Source: Perkinsela sp. CCAP 1560/9
Taxonomy: Eukaryota; Protista; Euglenozoa: Kinetoplastea
DNA length: 64,000 nucleotides
Direction of reading: 5' to 3'
Assembly: GCA_965644495.1 (NCBI GenBank)
Contig: CBFFSA010000004.1
Coordinates: 806,001 to 870,000, forward strand
Every line of letters begins with the position of its first letter. Positions within the stretch are counted from its first letter, which is position 1. Position numbers and translations under genes: made by a program. The notes beneath the pieces are model-generated. The model was not told where the DNA came from, searched no databases, and was given only the letters and a program-made list of their open reading frames with translations. Shown piece after piece: positions 20,880 to 31,900 of this stretch.

Positions 20880-21518
20880 ATGGACGGACAAGTTCGCGCT
20901 GGTAAGGTTAGAGGAAGTGTGCTCCCCCAGGAAGTGAAAATGTCACGCTTTGTGGGAAACATTTCTGGAGGAAGGTCGGTCATTTACGAGAGTTCGTATT
21001 TTAAAGATACTTGGACAACAGCAACGCCTGCGTGCAACTGGAGGCACGTACACTGCGACATGGAAGGGAATGTTAAAGAGCTGCACTGGGGCAATCTTCG
21101 GCTTTCTGGAAGCCTTTCGTGGAGTGATTTGCCATCTACTGTCACAGTACTGGAGCTGAGTTTTAATTTCCCATACCCTACGCAACTCACGGGCCAGATC
21201 GACACCGCGAGTTTGCCGAACTCGTTGGAAAAGTTTATAGCTGCCACGTCTCGTTTTGTGGGTAGCATTGACTTTTCGCACCTTCCACCAAAATTAGGGT
21301 TCTTTGCCGTAGGAAGAAATCTCTTGTCTGGGCCTGTCGATCTGACAGAGTTACCCCGAGGCATCGAATTGATAAGTCTGTGTCATAACAATTTCTCTGG
21401 AGTTGTGGATGTATCGCGCCTTCCCCCGAAATTAAAAATGGTAGAGCTCTATGGAAATCAGTTACAGCTGCTACAAGAAACCGCACCTGAATGTGTCTAT
21501 ATGGAAGACCCCCTCTAA
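20880..21518 (+). CDS. Short LRR protein (copy 3)
   Basis: ACNWRHVHCD cap and five or six LPxxL..NxxSG repeats. Confidence 0.88.
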   Translation: MDGQVRAGKVRGSVLPQEVKMSRFVGNISGGRSVIYESSYFKDTWTTATPACNWRHVHCDMEGNVKELHWGNLRLSGSLSWSDLPSTVTVLELSFNFPYPTQLTGQIDTASLPNSLEKFIAATSRFVGSIDFSHLPPKLGFFAVGRNLLSGPVDLTELPRGIELISLCHNNFSGVVDVSRLPPKLKMVELYGNQLQLLQETAPECVYMEDPL

Positions 21519-21618
21519 GGTAGACAAAGCAAAGACATGACATGTTGAGAAAGTCTAAACTTTTAATAATTAAGACACACTCTCCATGGTTGCATAATCT
21601 ACGTGCACATCATGTATC

Positions 21619-23778
21619 ATGTATCTACATTTACATCTATTTACAGGCGATGGCGCTAGAACCTATGGGGGATCCAAAAGTTTCGTAAAGTGTTCCGTAC
21701 AATACAGATTTCGTTCAATTAATCTCGTTTTACAAAGTAAATATACAAGAATGTGTTTATTTCATCGATTAGAGCGCTTACGGCGAGTACTTCGCGAGAG
21801 GAATCTATACGCGTACATCATCCCCACAAGCGACGCCCATAATTCTGAGTACGTCGCTGCATGTGACGCGCGCAGAGAATACCTTACCGGATTCACAGGA
21901 AGTGCGGGAACCGCTGTAGTGACACCGTCCTCTGCCTTGTTGTGGACCGACGGGAGGTACTATGTGCAAGCTGAACAGGAACTAAGTAAACCCTGGGTTC
22001 TTATGAGACAAGGTTTGCCGAACACACCAAGTATCGTTGATTATCTCCACAAAGATATCACAAAAAGAAATTCACCTTCATCCTTTGTTGAGAAACGTAT
22101 TGGTGCGGACCCCAGGTTGTTTACAACCAAGGCATGGGAAGAATATAAAAAGAAGCAGATCCAGCTTGTTCCGGTGACTGACAATTTGGTTGACGTAGTT
22201 AGGAAATCTGAAGATTCTGTGATTTTTGAAAACTCACTGGATGTCCGGAACCAAATTCATATACTTTCTGATGTATTCACAGGTAAATCTATGCAAGCAA
22301 AGCTGAAATATATGCATGCAGAGATGCTAAAATTAGAGGTTGACTATTTCGTGCTAAGTGCATTAGACGATATCGCGTGGATCACCAACCTACGCGGCAA
22401 CGATATTCCGTATAACCCTGTGTTCTTTTCCTATGCGGTAATAAGAATATATCGTGACAAGCCCGGCGGAGAGCTCCACCTGTTTCTAGACAAAGCAAAA
22501 CTTTCTCCCGACATACAAGCATCTTTACAAGGGTCTGGAAACGACCAAGAGGCCTTTGAGATTCACATTCATGCGTACGATCATATTGCAAATTGGCTAG
22601 AATCTGAACTCCGGGATCTCACTGGAGAGAGTTGTAAGGTTCGCGTAGCGTATGACCCTCTGCAAACTAGTTACTTCCTGAGTCATATAATTGACAATTT
22701 TTCGAGGGCAGTGGATACACTTGAAGTGCCTTCTATAGCCATGATGGCCAAAAGTGTAAAGAATGAATCAGAAGTTGAAGGGTTTCGTGCTAGTCACATA
22801 GAGGACGGAGTAGCTGTGACGCGTTACCTTTACTGGCTGGAAAAACGTTTTATTCCTGAAAACATGACAAAAGAGATAAGTCCTCTCACCGAGTTTGCAG
22901 GGGCGGAACAACTACGCCACTTTCGGAGTTTGGGAATACACTATTTGGGACTGTCTTTCCCCACAATCTCTGCGGCAGGAGAAAACTCGGCTGTGATTCA
23001 CTACTCCCCACCGGAAGTCATGACTGTGACACAATCTTTGAGAAGTGGTGATAAGGTTCCCGAGAACCCACCTATCGCTTGCATCACCAATCAAGCTATT
23101 TACCTTGTTGACAGTGGGGGACAGTACTTGAATGGAACAACCGATGTAACACGTACGGTCCACTTGGGGAACCCAACGGAACAGGAAAAAGAGGCCTACA
23201 CGTTGGTCTTGAAAGGTAATATTGCCTTACAGTTAGCTATATTTCCATCCGAGACAACGTCAGGTCATGCCTTAGATGTCCTGGCGCGCCAATTTCTTTG
23301 GAGGCAGGGATATAACTATGCCCACGGCACCGGCCACGGCGTCGGGCATTATCTCAACGTCCATGAAGGGCCCATGAGTATCGCCGCAAAACCTGGGGCG
23401 CGTCCCAATGTGGTTATGCGAGCGGGTAATGTGCTCTCCAATGAACCTGGGTGCTACCTTCCAGGACAGTTTGGCATTAGAATCGAAAATTTAATGGCCG
23501 TAGTGGCGAGGGACACGAAGTATGGCCATAGCAGTTGCGAAACTGCTACGACATCCTCCGACAGAGTAAAGAGAGATGCCTACCTTGGGTTTGAAGTGCT
23601 TACAATGGTGCCCCTATGCCGATGCCTGATTGCAACTCAGATGCTGACTGAGGAGGAAAGAACGTGGGTGGATAGCTACCACGAAACGGTATTACAGAAG
23701 ATTGGAGAGAAACTGCAGGAGAAAAAATTGAATGATGAACTACAATGGCTGAAGGACGCGTGCCTACCTTTGACTTAG
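21619..23778 (+). CDS. XPNPEP1: Aminopeptidase P (M24B Xaa-Pro aminopeptidase); likely start ATG 21751
   Basis: DAHNSEY, TGFTGSAG, LLWTDGRYYVQA, DSGGQYLNGTTDVTRT, HGTGHGVGHYLNVHEGP, NEPGCY, GIRIEN. Confidence 0.96.
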   Translation: MYLHLHLFTGDGARTYGGSKSFVKCSVQYRFRSINLVLQSKYTRMCLFHRLERLRRVLRERNLYAYIIPTSDAHNSEYVAACDARREYLTGFTGSAGTAVVTPSSALLWTDGRYYVQAEQELSKPWVLMRQGLPNTPSIVDYLHKDITKRNSPSSFVEKRIGADPRLFTTKAWEEYKKKQIQLVPVTDNLVDVVRKSEDSVIFENSLDVRNQIHILSDVFTGKSMQAKLKYMHAEMLKLEVDYFVLSALDDIAWITNLRGNDIPYNPVFFSYAVIRIYRDKPGGELHLFLDKAKLSPDIQASLQGSGNDQEAFEIHIHAYDHIANWLESELRDLTGESCKVRVAYDPLQTSYFLSHIIDNFSRAVDTLEVPSIAMMAKSVKNESEVEGFRASHIEDGVAVTRYLYWLEKRFIPENMTKEISPLTEFAGAEQLRHFRSLGIHYLGLSFPTISAAGENSAVIHYSPPEVMTVTQSLRSGDKVPENPPIACITNQAIYLVDSGGQYLNGTTDVTRTVHLGNPTEQEKEAYTLVLKGNIALQLAIFPSETTSGHALDVLARQFLWRQGYNYAHGTGHGVGHYLNVHEGPMSIAAKPGARPNVVMRAGNVLSNEPGCYLPGQFGIRIENLMAVVARDTKYGHSSCETATTSSDRVKRDAYLGFEVLTMVPLCRCLIATQMLTEEERTWVDSYHETVLQKIGEKLQEKKLNDELQWLKDACLPLT

Positions 23779-24146
23779 TTTTATCAGGTCGTGCAGGCAT
23801 CTCGAACTCGAGGGGGACACAGTAGTTTAGCCGAGTGGCCTCTTTCATAGGGTACTCAATGTCATCAGTGCCTATTTCAGTATCTTTTTATAGACTCAAC
23901 AAATACAAATATTGTTATCTTTCATGGTGCACTATGTGGCATTGTTACAAAACCTATAGCATTATTTTTACAAAGCTAACTTCTAGCATATTCTAAAAGT
24001 ATGCAGACAGAATAGAACAACAAATGGTAACAAATTTGTTACCATTGCATTGGAAATGAATTACCATAACTGAACAACTGTATGATTCATGAATTATCAT
24101 TATGTTTTAATTACTAGCATATTTTAGTGCAACTTCGTTAGGTGCA

Positions 24147-24959
24147 ATGGACCTCTCAGATTCCTTTCTGCGGAAGAGTTTCGAAACAGCTGTGCAAGTA
24201 TTCGGCTGCGGAAACTGGAAGATGATGGTACAGCTTGGTCTTTTTCCGCATCACGAAAGCGACCACCTTCCTGTATGGGCTCGATTTCTCAGTCGACAAA
24301 CATCATTGGTCACTCTTTCCGACCTTCACATTGATTTCTCGAAGATTGTTCAATACAATACCGACCGCTCGAGTTGCTCTTTGTACGTTTTCCAGAAATT
24401 TGGTGTAAGTCACATAGAGCAGATAAATGAGTGCGAAAATGGCGCTGCAAAAGAGAGGTCTTCTCAAATGAGCTCTACGATCAATAAAACCACAAAAATT
24501 CCTGTCTTAGTACATCACAACTGTAGAACCCGTTGTCAACTTGCGACTGAGCGACGTATCATAGCAACGAAATGTTGCCACTCAAAAGACAATTCCGGAT
24601 TAAGCCTTCTCAAAGAAAGAATTATAGTTAGTAGGGAGAAATGCAAAAGCCCACATCAAAGAAAGCGCAGAAAAGACGAAGGAAACGCTGAACCCCACAT
24701 GGATACAAATTTGCTGAACGATGACATTTCATACGTTTCAGAAAACTTCAAAGCTATTGATGATCTTTTTGGATACAAAAGGATCTGCCTCGAGAGGTAT
24801 CGAAAACGTGGAGACACGCAACAATGCGCTGAAAGTAACCCAGAACGTTTGCAGAAGCGCACTTTAACTTCTGAAGAACTTGCTGAATTTTTTGCCATTG
24901 AGAAACAAGAGATTAGCACACGAGAGCGTCTACTCACTCAAAAGTCATCTTGTCTTTGA
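24147..24959 (+). CDS. Homeodomain/Myb-like protein resembling the p1 (AMTP1) subunit of the MTA1c/AMT1 6mA methyltransferase complex
   Basis: AVQVFGCGNWK...G..P.......RFLSRQTSL.....LHID......N matches the p1 pattern ALQLFGIGKWK...G..P...RLLGQQSL.....LQID......N as I recall it. Not confirmed by search. Confidence 0.6.
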   Translation: MDLSDSFLRKSFETAVQVFGCGNWKMMVQLGLFPHHESDHLPVWARFLSRQTSLVTLSDLHIDFSKIVQYNTDRSSCSLYVFQKFGVSHIEQINECENGAAKERSSQMSSTINKTTKIPVLVHHNCRTRCQLATERRIIATKCCHSKDNSGLSLLKERIIVSREKCKSPHQRKRRKDEGNAEPHMDTNLLNDDISYVSENFKAIDDLFGYKRICLERYRKRGDTQQCAESNPERLQKRTLTSEELAEFFAIEKQEISTRERLLTQKSSCL

Positions 24960-26823
24960 TGTCAAAATGAGTATTAGTCACAACAAACCCTCCCCATGTT
25001 ACAGATTCCAGGACATTAATTTTTTTTGCAAGTAAGACTACATTTCACACATGCTCAAAACTTGAATCCAAGAGCGAAATTTATCGTCCTTCTTATACTA
25101 CTCTTTATTTCCACACCGTTTATCCCCTGTAATAAACGGGTAAGCACATCCACCCTCTCCTTATTTCTCCTTAACAACGTTGCATCATCCGCTACATACG
25201 GCTCTTTCCTCTTCCCCTCTTCCTCCATGTGCCCCTTCATTTTATACACCGCGAGACCTCCAATGCGCTACTATTTTACATTACCCAATTAAACAGCGTT
25301 TACAAATTTTAGACCAGCTCAGATGAAAAAAATCACTTAATTTAGAGGGCTGAACCCTATGAAAGGCAAAACCGGGCAAAGCCCACAAAGCCCACTCTTA
25401 CGTAGTGAAAAAAAGTACTTGGCCAAAAATAGTGAAGGATAGTTGGCCCCCGTCGTGCCCCTTACTGACATTATTCTGATAACATTATTCGTTCTGCTTA
25501 AACATTTTCTTGTTCATGCTTTGCGAAACTTTCTCTTGAAAGTTTGTTCTTCATCGTGTAGGAGTTTCAGCATTTTGCTTTTCCTGAGTTTCACTTTTCA
25601 CTAGCTTTGTATGTTACATCCGATTTCTTGGCATGTGCTGGACACTTTCCTGCATTACTGACCCCAGCAGTGTGAAGTTCTCGTTTCATGTGTATGTACT
25701 GTCGCGGTAATCTTTTGTTGCTTCTTTGTCTCCAGTATTATTAGGTCTCCAGTAATACTAAGTATCATCTTTAAGAAATGTACACGAGCAATCTTCCTAG
25801 ATTTCCACTTGTTTGCATACTTCGACTCAGCATCTAACATAACATAACCATCGTGTCGCGATAGAATTCTCGCTCGCAAAATTTCCACAGATGCATTCTG
25901 CTTTCCAAAGCAGTCCAAAGTCGTATTTAACAAAATCAATGCAGTGTTTCTTGCACCTTCTCCTTAAGATTTTTACTGTTATCGAGGTGCACTCTGCCGT
26001 ACTCAGTAGTACCACCTCGTGGACTACGCCACCTTGTTTTGAACCATTGAATTACAACCTCCCGATCCCGCTTGCTATCTTCATATACCCCACCATAACA
26101 CTTCTTTAAAAATTACATCATACGTTGATTCGAAAAATTGTGATGGCATCAAATGGAACCTCACTGACATCTAAGTTCCAGCCTGTTTTGTCGGATTCCA
26201 GCGCCAGTGTCCGGGTATTTCCGCTCCCTTTACGCCATGTATTTCCGACTTTTCGGCGTCTTTAACAAAGAAGTCCTGCTTATCGCGCCTTCGTCAAAAG
26301 GAGGAGTCCCTGCAACAAAATGTCAATGTCGATTGGGACATTACATAAGGACATGAGAACATTACTCTCCGGATCAGAGAGTTGGCGAATGCGCGTCGTT
26401 ATCGACTGTGCGCACATCTCAATGATGTTATCCTCCATTCGCTGGGTAAGATCAGGAGGAGGAAGACGATCCGGGGCGTATTTGATGGTATTCTTCTCGA
26501 CACTACTCTTGCGTAGCCATTCGAGAGAAGTTTTTGAAAATTCAAAAACAAATCAACTTCGCAAAAAACATGGCATAAAAAAGAGTTTGTCAAAAACGTT
26601 TCACATATTGTGTTTTGAGAGTTTGAGACCTCTACCTGCTTTCTACGCCGTTGTTTTCACAAAATACCTCTTCTTGAAGCCGTGGCACGCCTCCCCAAAA
26701 TGACCCCCCCCCCAAAAAAAAAATAGGTGTCCTGACAAACCAAGCAAAACCCGGCAAAACTTGACAAGGCGCTTGCGAACGATGCATTTTCTCATCTGTC
26801 CACGATCCTCCCTTGAATTTTAT

Positions 26824-27395
26824 GGTGGAATTCAAGGAAGATTGTACACTTTTTAAAAAATAAGTAATATCTGTTTATTCTGAACAAAAATTGTGCAGAA
26901 AAGCATCTTACGAAGTGATATAAACTTTACTTATTGCTATTCACTAAGAACATTTTTTTCTCGCTATTCTTGTATCTCAATGGTCTGCTCTGGATGCCCC
27001 GACACGAGATGCGCAGAGCAGTTGGCTTTAACGGACGTGGGTGCTTGGAATGATACAAGTGCTCTTGTGTGATTAAGATCTCATACAAAATTTGGCGGAC
27101 TTCCGTACCCGATAGGAGAGCGGAAACGTTGATACCACTCGTTGAAGAAAAGGCTCGTGCACTCCGTTGTCGCATCTCGACCGATGGAGCACGCCACAAC
27201 CAGACAGGTTTCTCAGGCAAGTACCGCTGGATCCACGTATTCCATCGGAATGAATGGGTAACACCAGAAGGTGTGCACACAAAAATAATTGAATGAGGCA
27301 ATTCGATGCTCAAGAAGCGATTGATAAGTACGAGGTGATAAGTTATGTAAATTTGGAGAAAAGGGAAAAGTATGCAATTTTCCTTGAATGTAACC
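26824..27395 (+). mobile_element. Internally deleted, decayed Merlin element
   Basis: Imperfect TIRs GGTGGAATTCAAGGAAGATTGTA / TGCAATTTTCCTTGAATGTAACC. Remnant TDGARHN...HRNEWVTPEGVHTKIIE*GNSMLK is homologous to the 10600 transposase. TSD not preserved. Confidence 0.85.
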
Positions 27396-27934
27396 ATCTT
27401 CAGGCGTAGCGCAGAGTCTAGTAGTTGTAGAGCCTAGTTATTCCGAAGATGATTTCTTATTTTGCATGAATATGATACCACAAAAAATTAAAAGAAAAAA
27501 GATTCCATTATCTTGTGGCGCGCCTTTTTTAAGGGAGGAGATTTCTTACCCCCCTATTTAGTGTGAATTTTTTCGAATTTCACTCAACAGTAAATCAGGG
27601 GGGGCACTAAAAAAGAACAGTGTCGGAAAAAACGTCAAGAGTGATTTAGAAGAACAATTGGGCCCATGTAAAGCGCAAAAAGACCGCATTTCAAGCTACT
27701 CTTTGCACGCTAAACGTACTTTTTCGGACTAGAATAGTTCATTTTGGCCCCAAATGCGAAACGCGGGTTCGGTGCGGGTTCGGTGATGCACACCCGCAGC
27801 CCCTTGTTTTTTTTAAAATTTTTATTTTATCCCCTGCAATAAACTGGTAGCCAGTTGACCCCCCTTACTTACATACTCCTCCCTCCTCAAAAAAAAGTCC
27901 TTCGTTATCCTATCTTGCTCTTCCCCCCTCCCCC

Positions 27935-28705
27935 ATGCGCCCCTCCCTCCCCCTCCACGCCCGTGTATTCAACATGGGAACGCGCCCGGTGAACCCCACC
28001 ACCCTTGCCGCGGAGAACACCCACAAGCAACGCCACGGGGCTCGTGTGGACGCCATCAAGCGTTCCCTCACCATGTTCCTGGACGACCCCGCGGAGCTCT
28101 CCCGGCACTGCTCCGGGCTCCCTGGGGTGCGGTTCTCCAGTGAGCTCCCCGCGGACCCGTTAACCCGGCTGTTCTTTCAAGTTAAAGGACACCAGGCGCT
28201 CTACCAGACCTCGTTTGAGGAGGAGAACGGGAATTCGTTTTCTAGAGTCCAGGATCACACGAGTATGGATGGGGACCGGCCCACACTGCGTACACGACCG
28301 CGGCTACCGGTGTATGACATGGGCGCTCGACTGATGGAGGCTACGGAGCGGATGAAACGCTTTGTGGTGGTCCCGAGTACTGTGGAGACTCGTGGGGTGG
28401 CTCGGATTATGCACTACCATGGGATCATCGCCGGGATGCGGGATTTTAACAACCGCCGGGCGTTCGCGGTTGAGCTGAAGTACTACCAGGGCGCTGGGGT
28501 TTTGCAGTTCTTTACTGCGGTGCGATGCAATGAGGAGACCAATGAGACGGAGTGGTCCCCGATGATGGTACGGAGGCTGGCGTCCTCGACCGCCGCGGGG
28601 GCGATACGCATTGTGTGCGTGCGCGCCTGGGATGGGAGGATTCTAGACCAGTTCCAGGCAATGAAGGAGGGAATCGGGGGGACGGGGTTGTGTATGATTC
28701 ATTGA
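27935..28705 (+). CDS. Mitochondrial ribosomal protein S8 (uS8m), kinetoplastid-type with N-terminal extension
   Basis: C-terminal half (VVVPSTVETRGVARIMHYHGIIAG...AVELKYYQG...IVCVRAWDGRILDQFQAMKEGIGGTGLCMIH) follows the uS8 fold pattern. Confidence 0.75.
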   Translation: MRPSLPLHARVFNMGTRPVNPTTLAAENTHKQRHGARVDAIKRSLTMFLDDPAELSRHCSGLPGVRFSSELPADPLTRLFFQVKGHQALYQTSFEEENGNSFSRVQDHTSMDGDRPTLRTRPRLPVYDMGARLMEATERMKRFVVVPSTVETRGVARIMHYHGIIAGMRDFNNRRAFAVELKYYQGAGVLQFFTAVRCNEETNETEWSPMMVRRLASSTAAGAIRIVCVRAWDGRILDQFQAMKEGIGGTGLCMIH

Positions 28706-28908
28706 AGGTGGAGTGCGTATAATACATGGTATCTTACATAGGGGTGATCAGAAAACTATAAATATTAGCACCTGATTTACGGTGTTCAGGAACGTAATAT
28801 TAAAAATCATTGGGCTAATAATCGGTTATGATTTCACGCTTGTACTTCTGACTATAAAATGCATCAATAGTTAGTCACGGCGAACTACTCGACGGCCGAA
28901 ACGTGAAC

Positions 28909-31900
28909 ATGAGGAGAAGTCTGATAATATTGCTGTTGCTGTCGAATCTCCTTGGAAGCGATTTACATGACACTACTAAAAACACATCGAAGGAGAGCGC
29001 CGGACTTCCCAAACAACAAGACGCCGCAAGACTCGGAAATGCTTCTCTCCCCTTTATTGAAAAGGAAGGTAGTTCGAAGAGTCCTCAGTCGGATGTTCAA
29101 CATCCAGATACCAAGGAGCATTCGCAGGTTACGGAACCCGCCACGACCCCGCATGGTGTCGCTGATTCGTCTGTTGAAGCACATTTACATTCGCCTTCTG
29201 AGGAGTTAATCCCTGCGCCTGTGACGATGCTTCCGAAAGATCCGCAACAAAGGCGTCGCTTGTCGATTGATAGCCCTGTTCCACACCCTGTTCAAGATCG
29301 ACGCAAGATTGCTCGATCCGGTCGACCATATATTCCGGCCCCCAAATCCGGTCGTAGGAATGCATCACAGCCGTATCCAATGCCTGAACGACCAGGTGCA
29401 TCTTCTCCGGAGGAAAGCCCGCCTCGCTTTGAAGGGGAACTACCTGTGCATCAAATAGGAATTCCAAGGCAGTATATGGGTCCTCCGTCCAGCACAACGA
29501 TGCTGGGTCGTTTCCAGTACTCGACACTTCCCTCGTTGCAAACCTCCTTTCAACGCAAAGTGCCGTACGGCGCAGAGCGAATACTCCGGGAATCTGCCGA
29601 GAGCAATCCTTCACGAGACGCTCGTCTAAGGCGCATGTCAGTTTCTAGGGCACAAGAACAACAAAATCTTGATGATACTAACCGGTCGTCTGTTGGGCGG
29701 CAGACACCAGTAACTCCGACTACGGAAAAGACACAAGCACAGCCTGTTTTTAAGGAACCGCAACGTGTACGAAGCTTTGAACTCCGCGAAACACTTGCTC
29801 CCCGACGTAAATCTCAGGAAAAAGTTCTCTCCGCCATCGGAAAATTCGGGTCGAGGCGATCATCCAAGCCTTTGAACGTGGAGGGCTCCTCTGACAATGC
29901 TTCCTTACCTTCACAGACCTCTGTAGAGGAGACTTTTCAAGGACGTCGCATTCCTCCTCCTCGACCTACCTCAGCACCGATTACAGAACAAGTACCACTT
30001 CGATCGAAGCCGTTAACCTCTGTGTTTTCGCAAAGTACATCTGAACTGAGCAGCCCAACACACCCATCCCAGGGCTCTACCCGAAAGAAGTCTCCTCGAG
30101 AGAAACATGGCATATTTAGCATAAACAGGTATTTCAAACCTCAAGCAACCCCTCCACGAATTGGACGAAAAGAAGGTACATTGCCTGCGCAGAAAGCTGC
30201 GAAACCTCCTGTCGACCCTACAAAGATCACGGGAAAAGAAACCCCGCGAAGGAGGCGCTCGATTGAACCACCGCACGCCCAAAAACCTGTTCCTCCGATC
30301 CAGCGATCTCAAAGCGTCGCTTTGGGAGCCACTCTGTCTTCCTCCGAACCCCAACAACACCGTGGATGGTGGAAGCAAGAATTACAAAACAAACTAGAGA
30401 ACGAGGAGCGTGAGTTAAAAACGCGGTCAACCCCACGAGCCAGTCCACGACAGGGTCCGCGTCTGCAACGCACACCGGAGAGTAGTGCCTCACGAAGTCT
30501 CCCTCCCATGACCCCTCCGATGCCTTCTCCTTCCCAAACCCCAAAGAGAAGGGAGTCATTGGGACCGGTAGCATTGCTTACGATGGGAGGTCTTACTAAA
30601 GATAAGCGATTCACAGCCCCCTTGTCCCGACGAAGCAAATACTCCTCCCTCTCGGATGTGCGCCAGTATGTGCAAAAGAAAGAGGCGGGAGATTTAAGCC
30701 CCATATCCAGTTTACCCAACGTCGCGGAGAGAATGCGAGAGCGCTGGGGTAGCGAGCTTCGACGACCACGCTCGATGGCTCCGGAGAAAATAAATCGTCT
30801 GCACTCGTCGCTTTCGAGAAGCAGCTCCTCGAGTGATTTAATGAGGCTGACTCGACCCTCAACGCGCCCGCGGAGGACAGAAAATAGGATTGAAGAGGAG
30901 AGTGAGAATGAGGAAGAAGCTTTGGAGGACCTAGACATGGGTGTGTCATCACCTCATCAACCGAGGAGTCGAGAACTAGCGTCCTCGTCGAAATTGTCAG
31001 ACACGGATAGCTCACCGTCGCTTACGCCAGTCTTTGAAGAAAAGGAATCTGAGGAAACTCCAGACTTAGATCCCCGAGAGGCGTTGCAGTACGCTCTTTC
31101 CATTGTCCGAACGACCGTAGAGGGCGAGATTCCGGTGCGACTCCCAGAAGAAAAAGTAACCATCCAACCGCGACAAGACTTCGTGCGTGAGCTTCTGCTT
31201 GTGGATGGGCTTGCCGACGACACGTTAAGCGCTCGGCAGGCAATTCTTGGACAGCATGTACGACACATACTCACACCGCAGCGCTACTTCCTGAGTGTTT
31301 GCAAAAACTACCTACCCGGTATTGCATACATCATCCACGAGCTACCTCCTTTAGAAGGTTATTATGGTACCCCGATTGCAACATTCAAGCCCGTAAATCT
31401 AGAAATGGGCACAACGATGTTCAGAAAATATCATTCCGGGTACAAGTTTGCATTTCACCGTGCCTTTCCGAAGGGTCAAGGTGTTCATCGTGAGATAGCG
31501 GCCCATCGTTTGAACTCAATAGTGAATGCGATGACCGCAGTACGCGTGGGTTTCCGTATTCCTACCGGTCTCCCCTTGCGCATTGGTGGTTTAGGTGGCG
31601 GCTACTTACAGGAAAGAGTTCTACCAGTTACCGTTCCCGATTTTCACCACCCCATGTCACTTGACTACATGGTTGATTGTCAAATGAACCACATATTCAA
31701 CCTGCTAACCATGAACTCCTATACGCAAGGCACAATTTACGGTCACATACGAGAGCTCCTAACCGCGGGGGTTATCGCGCAGGAACAAACCCATGCCGCG
31801 CAAACATTTTTTCGTCCCGGTCTGTACAGTACGAACAACGCGTACATTCTCCCAGACACCGAAAAAATGCTGAGTATTACCGATCTGTCACTACGCTTAA

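Noticed and set aside
23820-23890. tRNA-like start (TAGCCGAGTGG A-box)
   Set aside because: No T-loop GTTCRA B-box or acceptor stem follows.
27403-27450. tRNA-like GGCGTAGCGCAG
   Set aside because: No cloverleaf or B-box.
27755-27806. hAT-like end (GCGGGTTCGGT x2 then GCAGCCCCT)
   Set aside because: No partner TIR or TSD found, and too short to call.
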